Assembly: GCA_963706745.1 (NCBI GenBank)
Contig: CAVPMX010000004.1
Span: 35,790 to 99,789 of the forward strand
Direction of reading: 5' to 3'
Source: an uncultured Actinomycetes bacterium
GTDB taxonomy: Bacteria > Actinomycetota > Acidimicrobiia > IMCC26256 > PALSA-610
Length of the DNA stretch: 64,000 bases
The position numbers were made by a program, and so were the translations under genes. The notes below the pieces were generated by a model that made no database searches, was not told the DNA's origin, and was given only the letters and a program-made list of their open reading frames with translations. Shown here piece after piece: positions 21,711-30,244 of the stretch (position 1 is the first letter of the stretch; each line of letters begins with the position of its first letter).

Positions 21711-21762
21711 CAATGCTTCGAACCTCCTGGTCGTCGGTCGGGCCCCGATCATCGGAGCGCAC

Positions 21763-21872
21763 CCTCAACGCGAACCTCAACGCGATCCTCAACGCGGCCC
21801 TCAACGAGAAGGAAAAGCGCGTTGAACTACCTCAACGCGACCGTTCCGACCTCAACGCGAACCTCAACGGCG
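21763..21872. repeat. iteron-like array: seven direct copies of CCTCAACG(C/G)G plus one inverted copy
   Basis: Copies start at 21763, 21775, 21787, 21799 (strict 12-bp phasing), 21830, 21850 and 21862. An inverted TCAACGCGC lies at 21817-21825. Confidence 0.85.
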
Positions 21873-21934
21873 ACAGCGACAAGGGGGTGTGGCCCGTCCT
21901 ACGGACGATCCGCGTAGGCGACCGCGGGCGCCTC

Positions 21935-22028
21935 GTGCAGGGTCCTTGTGCAGAGCGCCGTGCAGACAGCCGTGCAACGTCCACAGACGCTCAACGGCGG
22001 CGCGAGCTCTGCACCTCGAAGAGTGCAG
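21935..22028. repeat. second phased repeat set: GTGCA(G/A) x4 direct plus an inverted pair
   Basis: GTGCAG at 21935, 21948 and 21960; GTGCAA at 21972 (13/12/12-bp spacing). CTGCAC at 22009-22014 faces GTGCAG at 22023-22028 across an 8-nt spacer. Confidence 0.75.
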
Positions 22029-22121
22029 GGGCGTGGAACCTCTTGACAGCAGTCAAAGCGCGCTCGTGTGCGGTACGGACGGCACTTCGGCATCGGAGGA
22101 GTCGCGAATCGTCGAACACGG

Positions 22122-22457
22122 TCAGGTCCGATCAGAGCGGTGTCGCGTGTCGTCTTGCCAGCGAGGGGGAACCGTGATGGGCAGTCCTGACTCGAACTCT
22201 CGGCGATCACGTCTCCGTCGAGCCACACCACGGCGTCTCGTCGATGTTTCAGCAAGGCCAGTGCGTTCCTCACCGACCGGCCGGGGCACGATCCAACCCC
22301 AGGAATCGATCTCGAGGGCACGCCCTTGCTCACCGGCCAGCGCGTCGTAGTAGTGGTCGTTGACGATCGCCTCGTGGTTGCCGTTCCCCTCGAAGCCAGT
22401 ACTCCGACGCTGCTCATCACGCACCCGAACCGTAGACAGCAGTGCTTGACGCGACAT
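22122..22457 (-). pseudogene. possible metallophosphoesterase fragment
   Basis: The only support is a GNGNHEAIV (GNHE-type) motif. An in-frame stop lies just upstream, so the N-terminal metal-binding motifs are absent, and the downstream part is low-complexity. Confidence 0.25.
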
Positions 22458-22551
22458 ATAGTTCAGGTGTTCCCAGACGGAGTTGAAAGCGACGATTGTG
22501 CATAGTTGGCAGGTTGGGCTGTCGGTTCACTCGTGGCGAAGGGTTCAGACA

Positions 22552-23298
22552 ATGGGATTCGTAAGTTCGGGAGTGCGATCGGGACGAACGTCGGCAGCCG
22601 CGCTCTTGGCGGTCCTGTCCTTGTCTGCCGTAGTCCTGGGGCCGACGCCTGCTGGAGCTACGGTCGGATCGACGAACAACTTCGGATCACGATCGGGGGT
22701 CACCGACAAGAACAACATTTCGCTCGGCGACTCACATATCCAGGAATACTCGATGTGGCCTGGCTATATGGGTTGGACAGAGAATCAGAAGACGTTCTTC
22801 CGAGGAATGATCTACACGGGTGTCGAGAACACCTACGAGCCCTCCGACCTTACCGTCAGCCAGACCGGCGACAACCAGGACCAAGATGTTAAGTACGTGC
22901 CCGTTCCGGTCTACTACTCGGACCCCAACGTTGCCGCTAGAACAGAGTGCGATACCGGGTCAGCGTCCAAGTACGGTTCACACCACCACAGGGTCTGCGA
23001 CCGCAAGCAGGTCACGGTCTTCCAGGTGTTTTGGGACGGCGCCCTGACCGGCGATCAGATGGTATACAACGTGTTGGCCCACGAGTTCGGGCATGCGGTC
23101 GGATTGCGCCATTCGGACTCGCCCTGTGCCTACCTGTATGACTATTGCGTCGGGACGTCGGCCAACGGAACGGCCCAGTGGAATACGTTCGTTCCTACCC
23201 CGGGTTACACGTCACTCATGTACTCGGCTCCCAACGCATCGGAAGCCTCGCATTCTCTCAGCCTTTACGACTACGAGAACATCAACCTGCACTATTGA
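22552..23298 (+). CDS. secreted metzincin (matrixin-like) zinc metalloprotease
   Basis: Signal peptide MGFVSSGVRSGRTSAAALLAVLSLSAVVLGPTPAGA. Zinc site HEFGHAVGLRH (HExxHxxGxxH) followed by a candidate Met-turn SLMYS. Codon usage is visibly more A/T-rich than in the flanks. Confidence 0.8.
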   Translation: MGFVSSGVRSGRTSAAALLAVLSLSAVVLGPTPAGATVGSTNNFGSRSGVTDKNNISLGDSHIQEYSMWPGYMGWTENQKTFFRGMIYTGVENTYEPSDLTVSQTGDNQDQDVKYVPVPVYYSDPNVAARTECDTGSASKYGSHHHRVCDRKQVTVFQVFWDGALTGDQMVYNVLAHEFGHAVGLRHSDSPCAYLYDYCVGTSANGTAQWNTFVPTPGYTSLMYSAPNASEASHSLSLYDYENINLHY

Positions 23299-23310
23299 AA
23301 GGACCGTCCG

Positions 23311-24171
23311 ATGACGCGCATCAGTCGGCAGGCGCTCATTGCAACGTCGTTTGTGGTCGTTGTCGGTGCCGCTTGCGGTGGATCGACGGTGTCAGTGCGC
23401 GCCGAGGCCGGACCAGACGCGACAACGGCAGCCGATCGTTCCGCGCCTGCTGGCGCCTCGGCACCTATGTATGAGGGCAACCCTGGCGACCTGCTCAGTC
23501 TCTCGAACTTGGGCACCGGCAACAGCTTGCTTCACTACGACTCCTACGCCCAGATGCGTGACTACAGCGACACGGTCGTTGTCGCGACCCTCAACGAGGT
23601 TGAACCGATAGCCGATCCCCGCCCGGACGGCCTCCTCCCCGGGATCCTGCACGCGAAGTTCACCGTCGACGAAATCGTGGGTGGTCGCGAACAGCCCTCA
23701 CTCACCGATGGGCTGTTGACGGTCACGCTCCCACTACACGCCGATAAGGAAATACAGGCCACGGTCCTGAGAAGGCTCGAGAAGCTGTACGGCCGTGCCG
23801 AGTACCTGCTGTTTCTCCGCCGGGCGACACCGGAGAAGGACGCTGGGGTCACGTACGTGATCAACTTCTACAACGGCCCGGACGGTGTACTCGCCGCGTG
23901 GCCCGGTGACGGCCGCCTGTCGCCGATCGGTCCCGCCAACGATCTCTTTGCTGCCGCTGACGCCCGCGGAGAGGAACTGACGGGCACCAGCACCCCGGTG
24001 ACCGAACCGCCTGGACCGACATACGAAGGAGAGAGCCCGATGGGGCTAACCATCTCCGAAGTCCTCAGGTCATTCGCGGCGGAGGTCGGCTCAGCCTCGA
24101 CAAGCCCGCCTGAGAACTGGGATCAGAACCTGAAGATCGCCGCCGACGCTGCTCGGACTCAGGGCGGCTGA
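23311..24171 (+). CDS. hypothetical lipoprotein
   Basis: MTRISRQALIATSFVVVVGAACGG (lipobox). Lies 12 nt downstream of the metalloprotease gene. No recognisable domain. Confidence 0.6.
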   Translation: MTRISRQALIATSFVVVVGAACGGSTVSVRAEAGPDATTAADRSAPAGASAPMYEGNPGDLLSLSNLGTGNSLLHYDSYAQMRDYSDTVVVATLNEVEPIADPRPDGLLPGILHAKFTVDEIVGGREQPSLTDGLLTVTLPLHADKEIQATVLRRLEKLYGRAEYLLFLRRATPEKDAGVTYVINFYNGPDGVLAAWPGDGRLSPIGPANDLFAAADARGEELTGTSTPVTEPPGPTYEGESPMGLTISEVLRSFAAEVGSASTSPPENWDQNLKIAADAARTQGG

Positions 24172-24360
24172 AGACCAGCTCCCGCCCGTCCGCCCATGAT
24201 GTGAGGATCGAGACACCTGTCGCCGAGTAGGCCTCGGCGCGCCACAGCGAGATCCCGATGACGACTGGGGTTGTGGGTGCCAAGAACTCGCGCGGGCCGA
24301 TGACCTGCGGCTTCGCCCGAGTGGCAACGCCGGGAGGATGATGCGCCGAGAGCCTCCCGG

Positions 24361-24497
24361 TGACGGATCGGTGCGCGTCCCTACTTTCATCCCTACTACT
24401 CGGCGGTACGGGTCGGACTCGAAGGCCTGCGCGGACGCGAATGCCGAGGTCACGGCACATGGCGACACACGGCGGGCGTAGGTCGATGAGCTACACG
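24361..24497. repeat. internal copy of the island right arm ending in a short att-core match
   Basis: 24361-24468 is identical to 30245-30353 apart from one extra G in the latter. The next 29 nt are diverged but both end in GAGCTACACG, where CTACACG is the first 7 nt of the att repeat. Confidence 0.85.
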
Positions 24498-24799
24498 GGG
24501 ATGGCACGACGCCGCCGAAGCAGACCCTCCTCACGTGCGCAGCCGGCGAGAAGTTGTGGAAGACCATGTACCGCGTGAGCGGGTGTGGTCGATCTACGCC
24601 ATTGCACGGCAGTCCCCGGGATTGGGAGGAGCGAGCCTTCACACCGGGGCCCGCGTCGAGATCGGCGGTCTCTCGGCAACCACGGTACGAGCCAGACGAT
24701 TCGCGAAGAGCAATACCAGTCGATACCTATTGACCGGTCTCGGGGGGGGCGTAGTCTGCATACATCTTGAGCGAGTAGTCGCTGGTCGGGAGGTTCACG

Positions 24800-26278
24800 A
24801 TGGACCATGTGACCCGCCACCGGTTCTTCGGCCGGCTGTGCCTCGGCGAGACTGCCGTTCCAGGTTCTCCGAGTACGGTACGGTCTGTACGGAGGCTGTG
24901 GGGCGCTATCTTGGTGATCTCATTTTCGGCTGCGTCCTGCTCCACGGTCGGGCCCGGTGAACGTTCGGTGTCGGCAGGAGCCCGGGCGGGCGGAGAGCGC
25001 GGTGCCGCCGGCGACTCGCTTGCTGATGCCAAAGGTTTCACCGAATCAGGCCTGATATCCCACTCTCAGCCCTCGGTCGCCTTTCCCGGGGAGAGGGTCA
25101 CGTTGGCGTTCGGGCCCAGTTCCTGCCCGAGCGAAGGGGAGACCTGTGCCTACACCGGGCTCCTCCACTGGCGGGCCGACACGACCAAGGGGGATGTCCC
25201 GCTCGTCGAGCAGCTCGGCTCCGGTCTGCTCGCAGCGACGTTGGAGGTCCCGGACGGAGCGACTGCCGTCGAGTACTGGGTGGAGCTCTCGACGGGGGGA
25301 ACCACAAGTCGGTGGCCGCCTGCGGGTCACCGTGCATTCGAGTTGACTGTTGGGAGCGAGGGCCCATCCCGTGTCGATATCGCGCTCCCGGATCTGACTG
25401 CAGCTCTGGCCGGTTCGGCAAGCGCGGCCCCCGTCGTCGTAGGGCCGTGGGGTCCGGGCGAATCGTCGTTCGGCATGGACTTCGCCGGAGAGACACCGGT
25501 GGGTCCGGCCTCGTTCGACGTTGCCGAAGACGGTTCGGTTGTTGTTGTCGATCAGGCCAATCGACGGCTCGTACTCGTCGACGCGAACGGGGGCCGTCGC
25601 GTCGTGCCCGTAGAGATCAGCGCTGGGATCTCGGATGTGCGTTTCACGGCAGTAGGTGATGTCGTTGTGTTCGAGGAGGCGCCCGCCGCAGTTGTGAAGC
25701 TGTTCACCACCGACGGTGTCTTGCTCGACAGCGCCAGGCTCGGCAACGCAATCGCCGGTGGGCTCGGGCGGGACGCCGCCGGGGTCTGGGCACTCGAGGG
25801 CCCGCAACAGGAGTGGCGCCTCGTTGTGCGAGCGGGCGACCGCGCGGTGCTCGCGCCTGAAGAGCAGGTCGTGCTCCTTGGCAACTGGGCTGGCAGCTCC
25901 GACGGTGGGAGGGATCTTCGGGTCTCGGTCCGCCCGGATGAGACTCGTCTCGCTGTGATCGATTCTGCCGGCGCGGCGGCAAGGATTGTGAGCTTGCGGG
26001 GCGGCGGTCTCAACCAGGGAGCGCTTCACGTCGCTCATCTCGATGAGGCAGGCGGGGGGCTGGTCGTCCAGGCGATGTACGGGGACACGGCGACCGGGCG
26101 CGTCTCGGTGTTCGCTGTCCTGCAGCTGGAAGACGGCAAGATCACTTCCGTCACGGTGCTGCCGGAGTCCGCGGTGGCAGAGACGTCGCCCCGCGGGCGG
26201 TTCCGGTTCGTCGACGGGAGGCTCTACCAGAGCCGTCTCGATGATGGCAGCTACACGATCGTGGAGGTGGGTCTGTGA
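24800..26278 (+). CDS. hypothetical exported protein (possible lipoprotein); start uncertain
   Basis: 492-aa ORF. A hydrophobic segment ends in SAASC. The rest is beta-rich with protein-like composition and no recognisable domain. It is the first gene of a four-gene overlapping set. Confidence 0.6.
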   Translation: MDHVTRHRFFGRLCLGETAVPGSPSTVRSVRRLWGAILVISFSAASCSTVGPGERSVSAGARAGGERGAAGDSLADAKGFTESGLISHSQPSVAFPGERVTLAFGPSSCPSEGETCAYTGLLHWRADTTKGDVPLVEQLGSGLLAATLEVPDGATAVEYWVELSTGGTTSRWPPAGHRAFELTVGSEGPSRVDIALPDLTAALAGSASAAPVVVGPWGPGESSFGMDFAGETPVGPASFDVAEDGSVVVVDQANRRLVLVDANGGRRVVPVEISAGISDVRFTAVGDVVVFEEAPAAVVKLFTTDGVLLDSARLGNAIAGGLGRDAAGVWALEGPQQEWRLVVRAGDRAVLAPEEQVVLLGNWAGSSDGGRDLRVSVRPDETRLAVIDSAGAAARIVSLRGGGLNQGALHVAHLDEAGGGLVVQAMYGDTATGRVSVFAVLQLEDGKITSVTVLPESAVAETSPRGRFRFVDGRLYQSRLDDGSYTIVEVGL

Positions 26279-26949
26279 GCTACCGGCGGCGCAAAGGCAT
26301 CGGACATCGCCGTTCAGGACGTGCCGTCGAGAGCACCGGCAGGCGGACCCTGGGGGTGGGCGCTGCGCTTCTTGCGAGCGGTGCGATGGTCGTCGCCGGC
26401 GCCGCCCCGGCAGAGGCAGACTGGGCCGGCGACAACTGCTGGTTCACGGGTGGGTCCTCCTACCCGCCGCAGACCAAGGGCGACATGTTCCTGCGGAACT
26501 ACTCGGCCGTGAATGAGGGATATCACTGGGGTGGCGGCTGTTGGAACAACAACGAGACGGACGACTCCCCGAATGAGCAGGAAGAGACGTTTTCTCCTCG
26601 TGGGGAAGGCCCGGACTGCTCGGGGCTCGTGTTCAAGACCTGGGGAATCACCAGCGCGGACACGACCGCGTTCACGATCTATCACAACCTCTACTTCATC
26701 CACGGCCCCTACCAGGCTTCGAGCTACCGATCGGCGACTACTGCGTGGAAGACAATCGCCAATCAGGACGCGACGTTCATGGATGTATTCGCCTCCGGCT
26801 CGCACGTCGGGCTGGTGTATCAGGTGAACGGCGATGGCACTGACTACATGTTCGAGGCGAAAGACGAAGCGCGCGGTACCGGGGTATGGTCGCGCAACTA
26901 TCGCTCCGGTGGCTCGTACACTGCGGCGGCGCGCCACGGGTGGGCATGA
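26275..26949 (+). CDS. secreted NlpC/P60 (C40) family peptidase
   Basis: Arg-rich N-terminus plus GVGAALLASGAMVVAGAAPAEA signal. Catalytic Cys context GPDCSGLVFKTWG and His context GSHVGLVY. The GTG start overlaps the upstream stop (GTGA). Confidence 0.8.
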   Translation: MSYRRRKGIGHRRSGRAVESTGRRTLGVGAALLASGAMVVAGAAPAEADWAGDNCWFTGGSSYPPQTKGDMFLRNYSAVNEGYHWGGGCWNNNETDDSPNEQEETFSPRGEGPDCSGLVFKTWGITSADTTAFTIYHNLYFIHGPYQASSYRSATTAWKTIANQDATFMDVFASGSHVGLVYQVNGDGTDYMFEAKDEARGTGVWSRNYRSGGSYTAAARHGWA

Positions 26950-27656
26950 GGGGCGCGGCTACGCCCGTCGCGCTCGCCGTCGTGCTCGTTGTGTTTCCCG
27001 GTTGCTCGGGCGACGGAGACGGTGGAGTGAAGGCGGACTCTGGGACCACCTCGGCGACTTCCGTCACCTCGATGACTTCCGCTCGATCGTGTGCGCAGGG
27101 CGGGCTGACGCGGCTTCGCTGGCCCGAGATCGGCGAGGTTGTGGCTTCGGACGTCACCGACGCGAAGCGGGCTGTCGTGGCGGCCTCGGAGGCGCTGCTG
27201 GGATGGGAGGATGCGACAGTCGAGCGAACGACGTATGGGCGCTACGGGTGCACCATCTTGGTGTCCGGCCCACAGGGCAGGCTCGCAGAGTTCACGCTGA
27301 ACGGCGAAGAAGAGGGGCTGGTCCTGCAGCACTTGCGCTACCCGTCCGAGACAGGGCCCGACCTGCCGTCTCTGGCCATCAGAGGGCGAAGGGTCTCGGG
27401 CTTGTACAGGTCTCCTGTTGCCTGCGCCACGTGCACGACCCGGCTTGCGGTGACGTACCGCAATGTGAAGGGCGAGACCGTGCTGCCCGGAGGCGGCCCC
27501 TCCCTTGACGAGGACGAACCCCGCGAGATCGGACTCGAGCTCGGGGCCGACCCAACAGGTCCGGGAACTCTCGTTCTGCGCGTCGAGCGGCCGGGCGGCC
27601 AAGTGGTTGCGGTTCTCGGACTTGGTGTCAAAGCGGGGGATTTCGCGGCAGGATGA
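26946..27656 (+). CDS. hypothetical lipoprotein
   Basis: MRGAATPVALAVVLVVFPGCSGDG (lipobox). The ATG overlaps the upstream stop (ATGA). Confidence 0.65.
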   Translation: MRGAATPVALAVVLVVFPGCSGDGDGGVKADSGTTSATSVTSMTSARSCAQGGLTRLRWPEIGEVVASDVTDAKRAVVAASEALLGWEDATVERTTYGRYGCTILVSGPQGRLAEFTLNGEEEGLVLQHLRYPSETGPDLPSLAIRGRRVSGLYRSPVACATCTTRLAVTYRNVKGETVLPGGGPSLDEDEPREIGLELGADPTGPGTLVLRVERPGGQVVAVLGLGVKAGDFAAG

Positions 27657-28564
27657 CGGAGATTCCACCGACCCTCCGCCCGGCGAGCGGGCTACCTTCC
27701 GGCAAGGACGCTATCCCAGCCGAGCTCTCGAGCCCAGTCTCGTGGGCGCGGTTCAGCGAGGTGCTTGCGGGTGCATGCGGGGTGGATCCGGGCACGGTGA
27801 GCGCTGACACGCCTCTGAGGGAGGTCGCGGAGACCAAGTTGGAGCGTGCGGTCATCTTCACGACGATCGCGAAGATGGGATTCGGGCTCGAGCGGCCCTA
27901 CTTCGATGCGGCAGAGACATTCGGCGACCTGTGGGAGTGGGTGAGGCAGCGGCGGATCGGAACAACTGATACCGACGACTTGAAGATCCCTCCCAAGGGT
28001 GCTCCGACCGAGAGCCCCGTGTGGCTGCGCCCGCTCCGGCAGGCTGACGTGCCGCTGCTATACGAGGCTGCGCAGTCGCCGCGCTCGGCGTTTCGGTGGC
28101 GATTCCACGGGCCGCTTCCATCACCGGCGACGTTCGCTGAGCTGCTGTATGCGGGGGTGCTGGTCCAGTTCGTGGTCGAGGAGAAGGAGCACGGGGCGCC
28201 GCAAGGCCTTGTGGTCGCTTACGACGCCTCCCCGGAGAACGGCACCTGCTTCCTGGCGTTTCAGCGGTTCGGCCGCTCGGTGGGCGGAGGTGAGATGTTC
28301 GTCGGCATGTTCCACTTCGTTGAGTACGTGTGGCGCCGTTGGAACATGCGCAAGCTCTATGCGGAGGTGCCCGGGTACAGCCTCTCGCATGTGGGTGATG
28401 GCTTCGGCGTAATGACCGAGGAGGCTCGCCTCCGGGACTTCGACTACTACGACGGGCATTACTGGGATCGGGTCTTCTTCTCTATCGACAGACCGACCTG
28501 GGAGGAGCGGGCCGAGGTGTGGCGCCCGTACCTGCGGGAAGGACTAGCGCCCGACGCGCGGTAG
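27653..28564 (+). CDS. GNAT-family acyltransferase with an N-terminal carrier-protein-like region
   Basis: The C-terminal ~190 aa are RimJ/RimL-like (VWLRPLRQADVPLLYEAA...FVEYVWRRWNMRKLYAEV). The N-terminal ~100 aa resemble an ACP/PCP helix bundle (GVDPGTVSADTPLREVAETKLERAV), but ET replaces the usual DS. The ATG overlaps the upstream stop. Confidence 0.7.
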   Translation: MTEIPPTLRPASGLPSGKDAIPAELSSPVSWARFSEVLAGACGVDPGTVSADTPLREVAETKLERAVIFTTIAKMGFGLERPYFDAAETFGDLWEWVRQRRIGTTDTDDLKIPPKGAPTESPVWLRPLRQADVPLLYEAAQSPRSAFRWRFHGPLPSPATFAELLYAGVLVQFVVEEKEHGAPQGLVVAYDASPENGTCFLAFQRFGRSVGGGEMFVGMFHFVEYVWRRWNMRKLYAEVPGYSLSHVGDGFGVMTEEARLRDFDYYDGHYWDRVFFSIDRPTWEERAEVWRPYLREGLAPDAR

Positions 28565-28758
28565 CAGCAGCGCAACGGGCAGGCGGGACCGGCAGGGCAG
28601 GCCGCCTCGCCCGACAGCGAAGGCCGCTGAAGCAGAAGGTCCCGACCAAGGGGTGAATCCGGCAAGGTGATCAAGCGCCCGGATGCTCAACGCCGAACGA
28701 AACTTCCGCCGCGTCAACGGCGCCAAGGACACGTCCACCCTGCTCACCGCCCTAAACC

Positions 28759-30192
28759 GGCTCTACGCGACGGAGCGTGGTTGACGTCCTCGGATTCTGC
28801 GGGCTGGGACGGTAGTCCATTGGATGCCGAGGCGGCCGATGTTGCGCCGCCGATAGTTGGTGTGGTTCGTGAAGCCGTGGCTGTTGCGTCGGATCTTCTC
28901 GGCGAGCATGTGGACGTTCTCGACGCGTCCGTTGGAGGCCCGGCCGGTCTGGTGGTAGGCGAGGACCTCGTTCGTCCACCGGTCGATCGTGCGGGCGAGG
29001 CGGGTGACCTCGCGGACTTCGGCGTCGGCGCACCACTGGAAGAACACGATGAGCAGCCGACGGGCGTGACGGTGATCAACGGCGCAGTACACGTCTCTGA
29101 GGAGCTCTTTGGCGACCCATGCCGCGCGGACTTCGCCTTCGGGGTCACCGGCCTCGAGGAGACTGTGCATCCATTCGAAACGTTCCTCGCTCAGCCGCTC
29201 ATCGGCACACAGCAACACCCTGCGTACCCGGTACAGCGGGTCATGCTTGCGGCCCCGGTGAGCCAGCGTCGCCTGCTGTGTGCGACGCCGCACGTCGTCG
29301 ATCACCTGGTTGGCGAGTCGGATCGCGTGAGAGTGATCAACGACCCGAGTGGCGTTGGGGAGGTGCTCATCGAGCGCGGCTCGATAGCCGGCCGCGGGGT
29401 CGAGTGTCGCGAGGCGGATCTGCGAGCACCACTCGACACCGCGTTCGGCGACCCAGCCGCCCAGTACGGCACGGGAGCGGCCAGGGATCACGTCGAGGAC
29501 CCGATGGCGATCCAGGTCGACTACCTGGGTCGTGAACGTCGTGCGATGCTCGGCGGTCGCGTTGGTGAACCGCTTCTCATCGACCCCGACCGCCCTGACA
29601 CACTCGAAGCGGACAGGGTCTTCAATGACCGGGTCGGTGTAGGCGGCCACCGCAGCGCTCGCGGTGTGCCAACCAACACCGAACTGGGCGCCAGCTCCGG
29701 CGATCGTCTCGCCCTCCACGTTGACCATCGCGGCGAGACGAACCCGAGCGCGTTCACTCAGCGACGCCCGCCGGCCAATCAGCTCCGACGTCTCGGTCCA
29801 GGTCCGCTTCTCACAGTCCCGCTCCGGGCAGCGCCAGCGCCGCTTGGACCACACCAGCACCGTCGGTCGGCCCGAGATCGGCAGATCACGCACCGCCGTG
29901 AGTGCTCGCCCGTGGCCAACCGCACGAGTGCCACACGACGCGCAACCCACCACGTTCGCGTCGGTCTCGACGTACAGCCACCACTCGCCGTCGACCAGCT
30001 CCTGGACACCAACGACGAACCCGGCCATGCCAACAAGCGCGGTCGCGCCCTGACTACCGTGCATCACGGTCAAGGGTCTCTCCTTCTGCAGACGTTGAAC
30101 ATCCGCAGAATCGCGAGGCCCTTGGCCACGCTGGTGGACCCTAAGAACCAGGCCCGCTCATCACACCACCCCACACTTCATCGCGCGGAGCC
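28759..30192 (-). mobile_element. ISL3-family insertion sequence with 8-bp target-site duplication
   Basis: Imperfect terminal inverted repeats GGCTCTACGCGACGGAGCGTGG and GGCTCCGCGCGATGAAGTGTGG (17 of 22 match). They are flanked by CCTAAACC at 28751-28758 and 30193-30200. Confidence 0.85.
28763..30073 (-). CDS. ISL3-family transposase
   Basis: 436 aa. N-terminal zinc-finger region CASCGTRAVGHG...RRWRCPERDC, then VGVDEKRF...LDPAAGYRAAL...VVDHSHAIRLAN...NGRVENVHMLAEKIRRNSHGF. Confidence 0.93.
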   Translation of the reverse strand: MTVMHGSQGATALVGMAGFVVGVQELVDGEWWLYVETDANVVGCASCGTRAVGHGRALTAVRDLPISGRPTVLVWSKRRWRCPERDCEKRTWTETSELIGRRASLSERARVRLAAMVNVEGETIAGAGAQFGVGWHTASAAVAAYTDPVIEDPVRFECVRAVGVDEKRFTNATAEHRTTFTTQVVDLDRHRVLDVIPGRSRAVLGGWVAERGVEWCSQIRLATLDPAAGYRAALDEHLPNATRVVDHSHAIRLANQVIDDVRRRTQQATLAHRGRKHDPLYRVRRVLLCADERLSEERFEWMHSLLEAGDPEGEVRAAWVAKELLRDVYCAVDHRHARRLLIVFFQWCADAEVREVTRLARTIDRWTNEVLAYHQTGRASNGRVENVHMLAEKIRRNSHGFTNHTNYRRRNIGRLGIQWTTVPARRIRGRQPRSVA

Positions 30193-30244
30193 CCTAAACC
30201 GCCACGCAGGCCGACTCAACGAGGAGGCCCACGACGATACCCGC

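Noticed and set aside
21763-22028. Possibility that the short phased repeats are a CRISPR array
   Set aside because: The units are only ~10-12 bp and directly abut each other without unique spacers. There are no cas genes nearby.
21713-22177. 154-aa ORF translating the iteron array as LNANLNAILNAALNE
   Set aside because: The repetitive peptide is a by-product of the 12-bp DNA repeats. There is no RBS-like sequence and no protein-like remainder.
24065-24460. 131-aa minus-strand ORF with a protein-like stretch (VIGPREFLAPTTPVVIGISLWRAEAYSATGVSILTSWADGRELVF)
   Set aside because: It overlaps the 3' end of the lipoprotein gene and the right-arm repeat, and has no recognisable motif or start context. 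It may be a gene fragment, but this cannot be supported.
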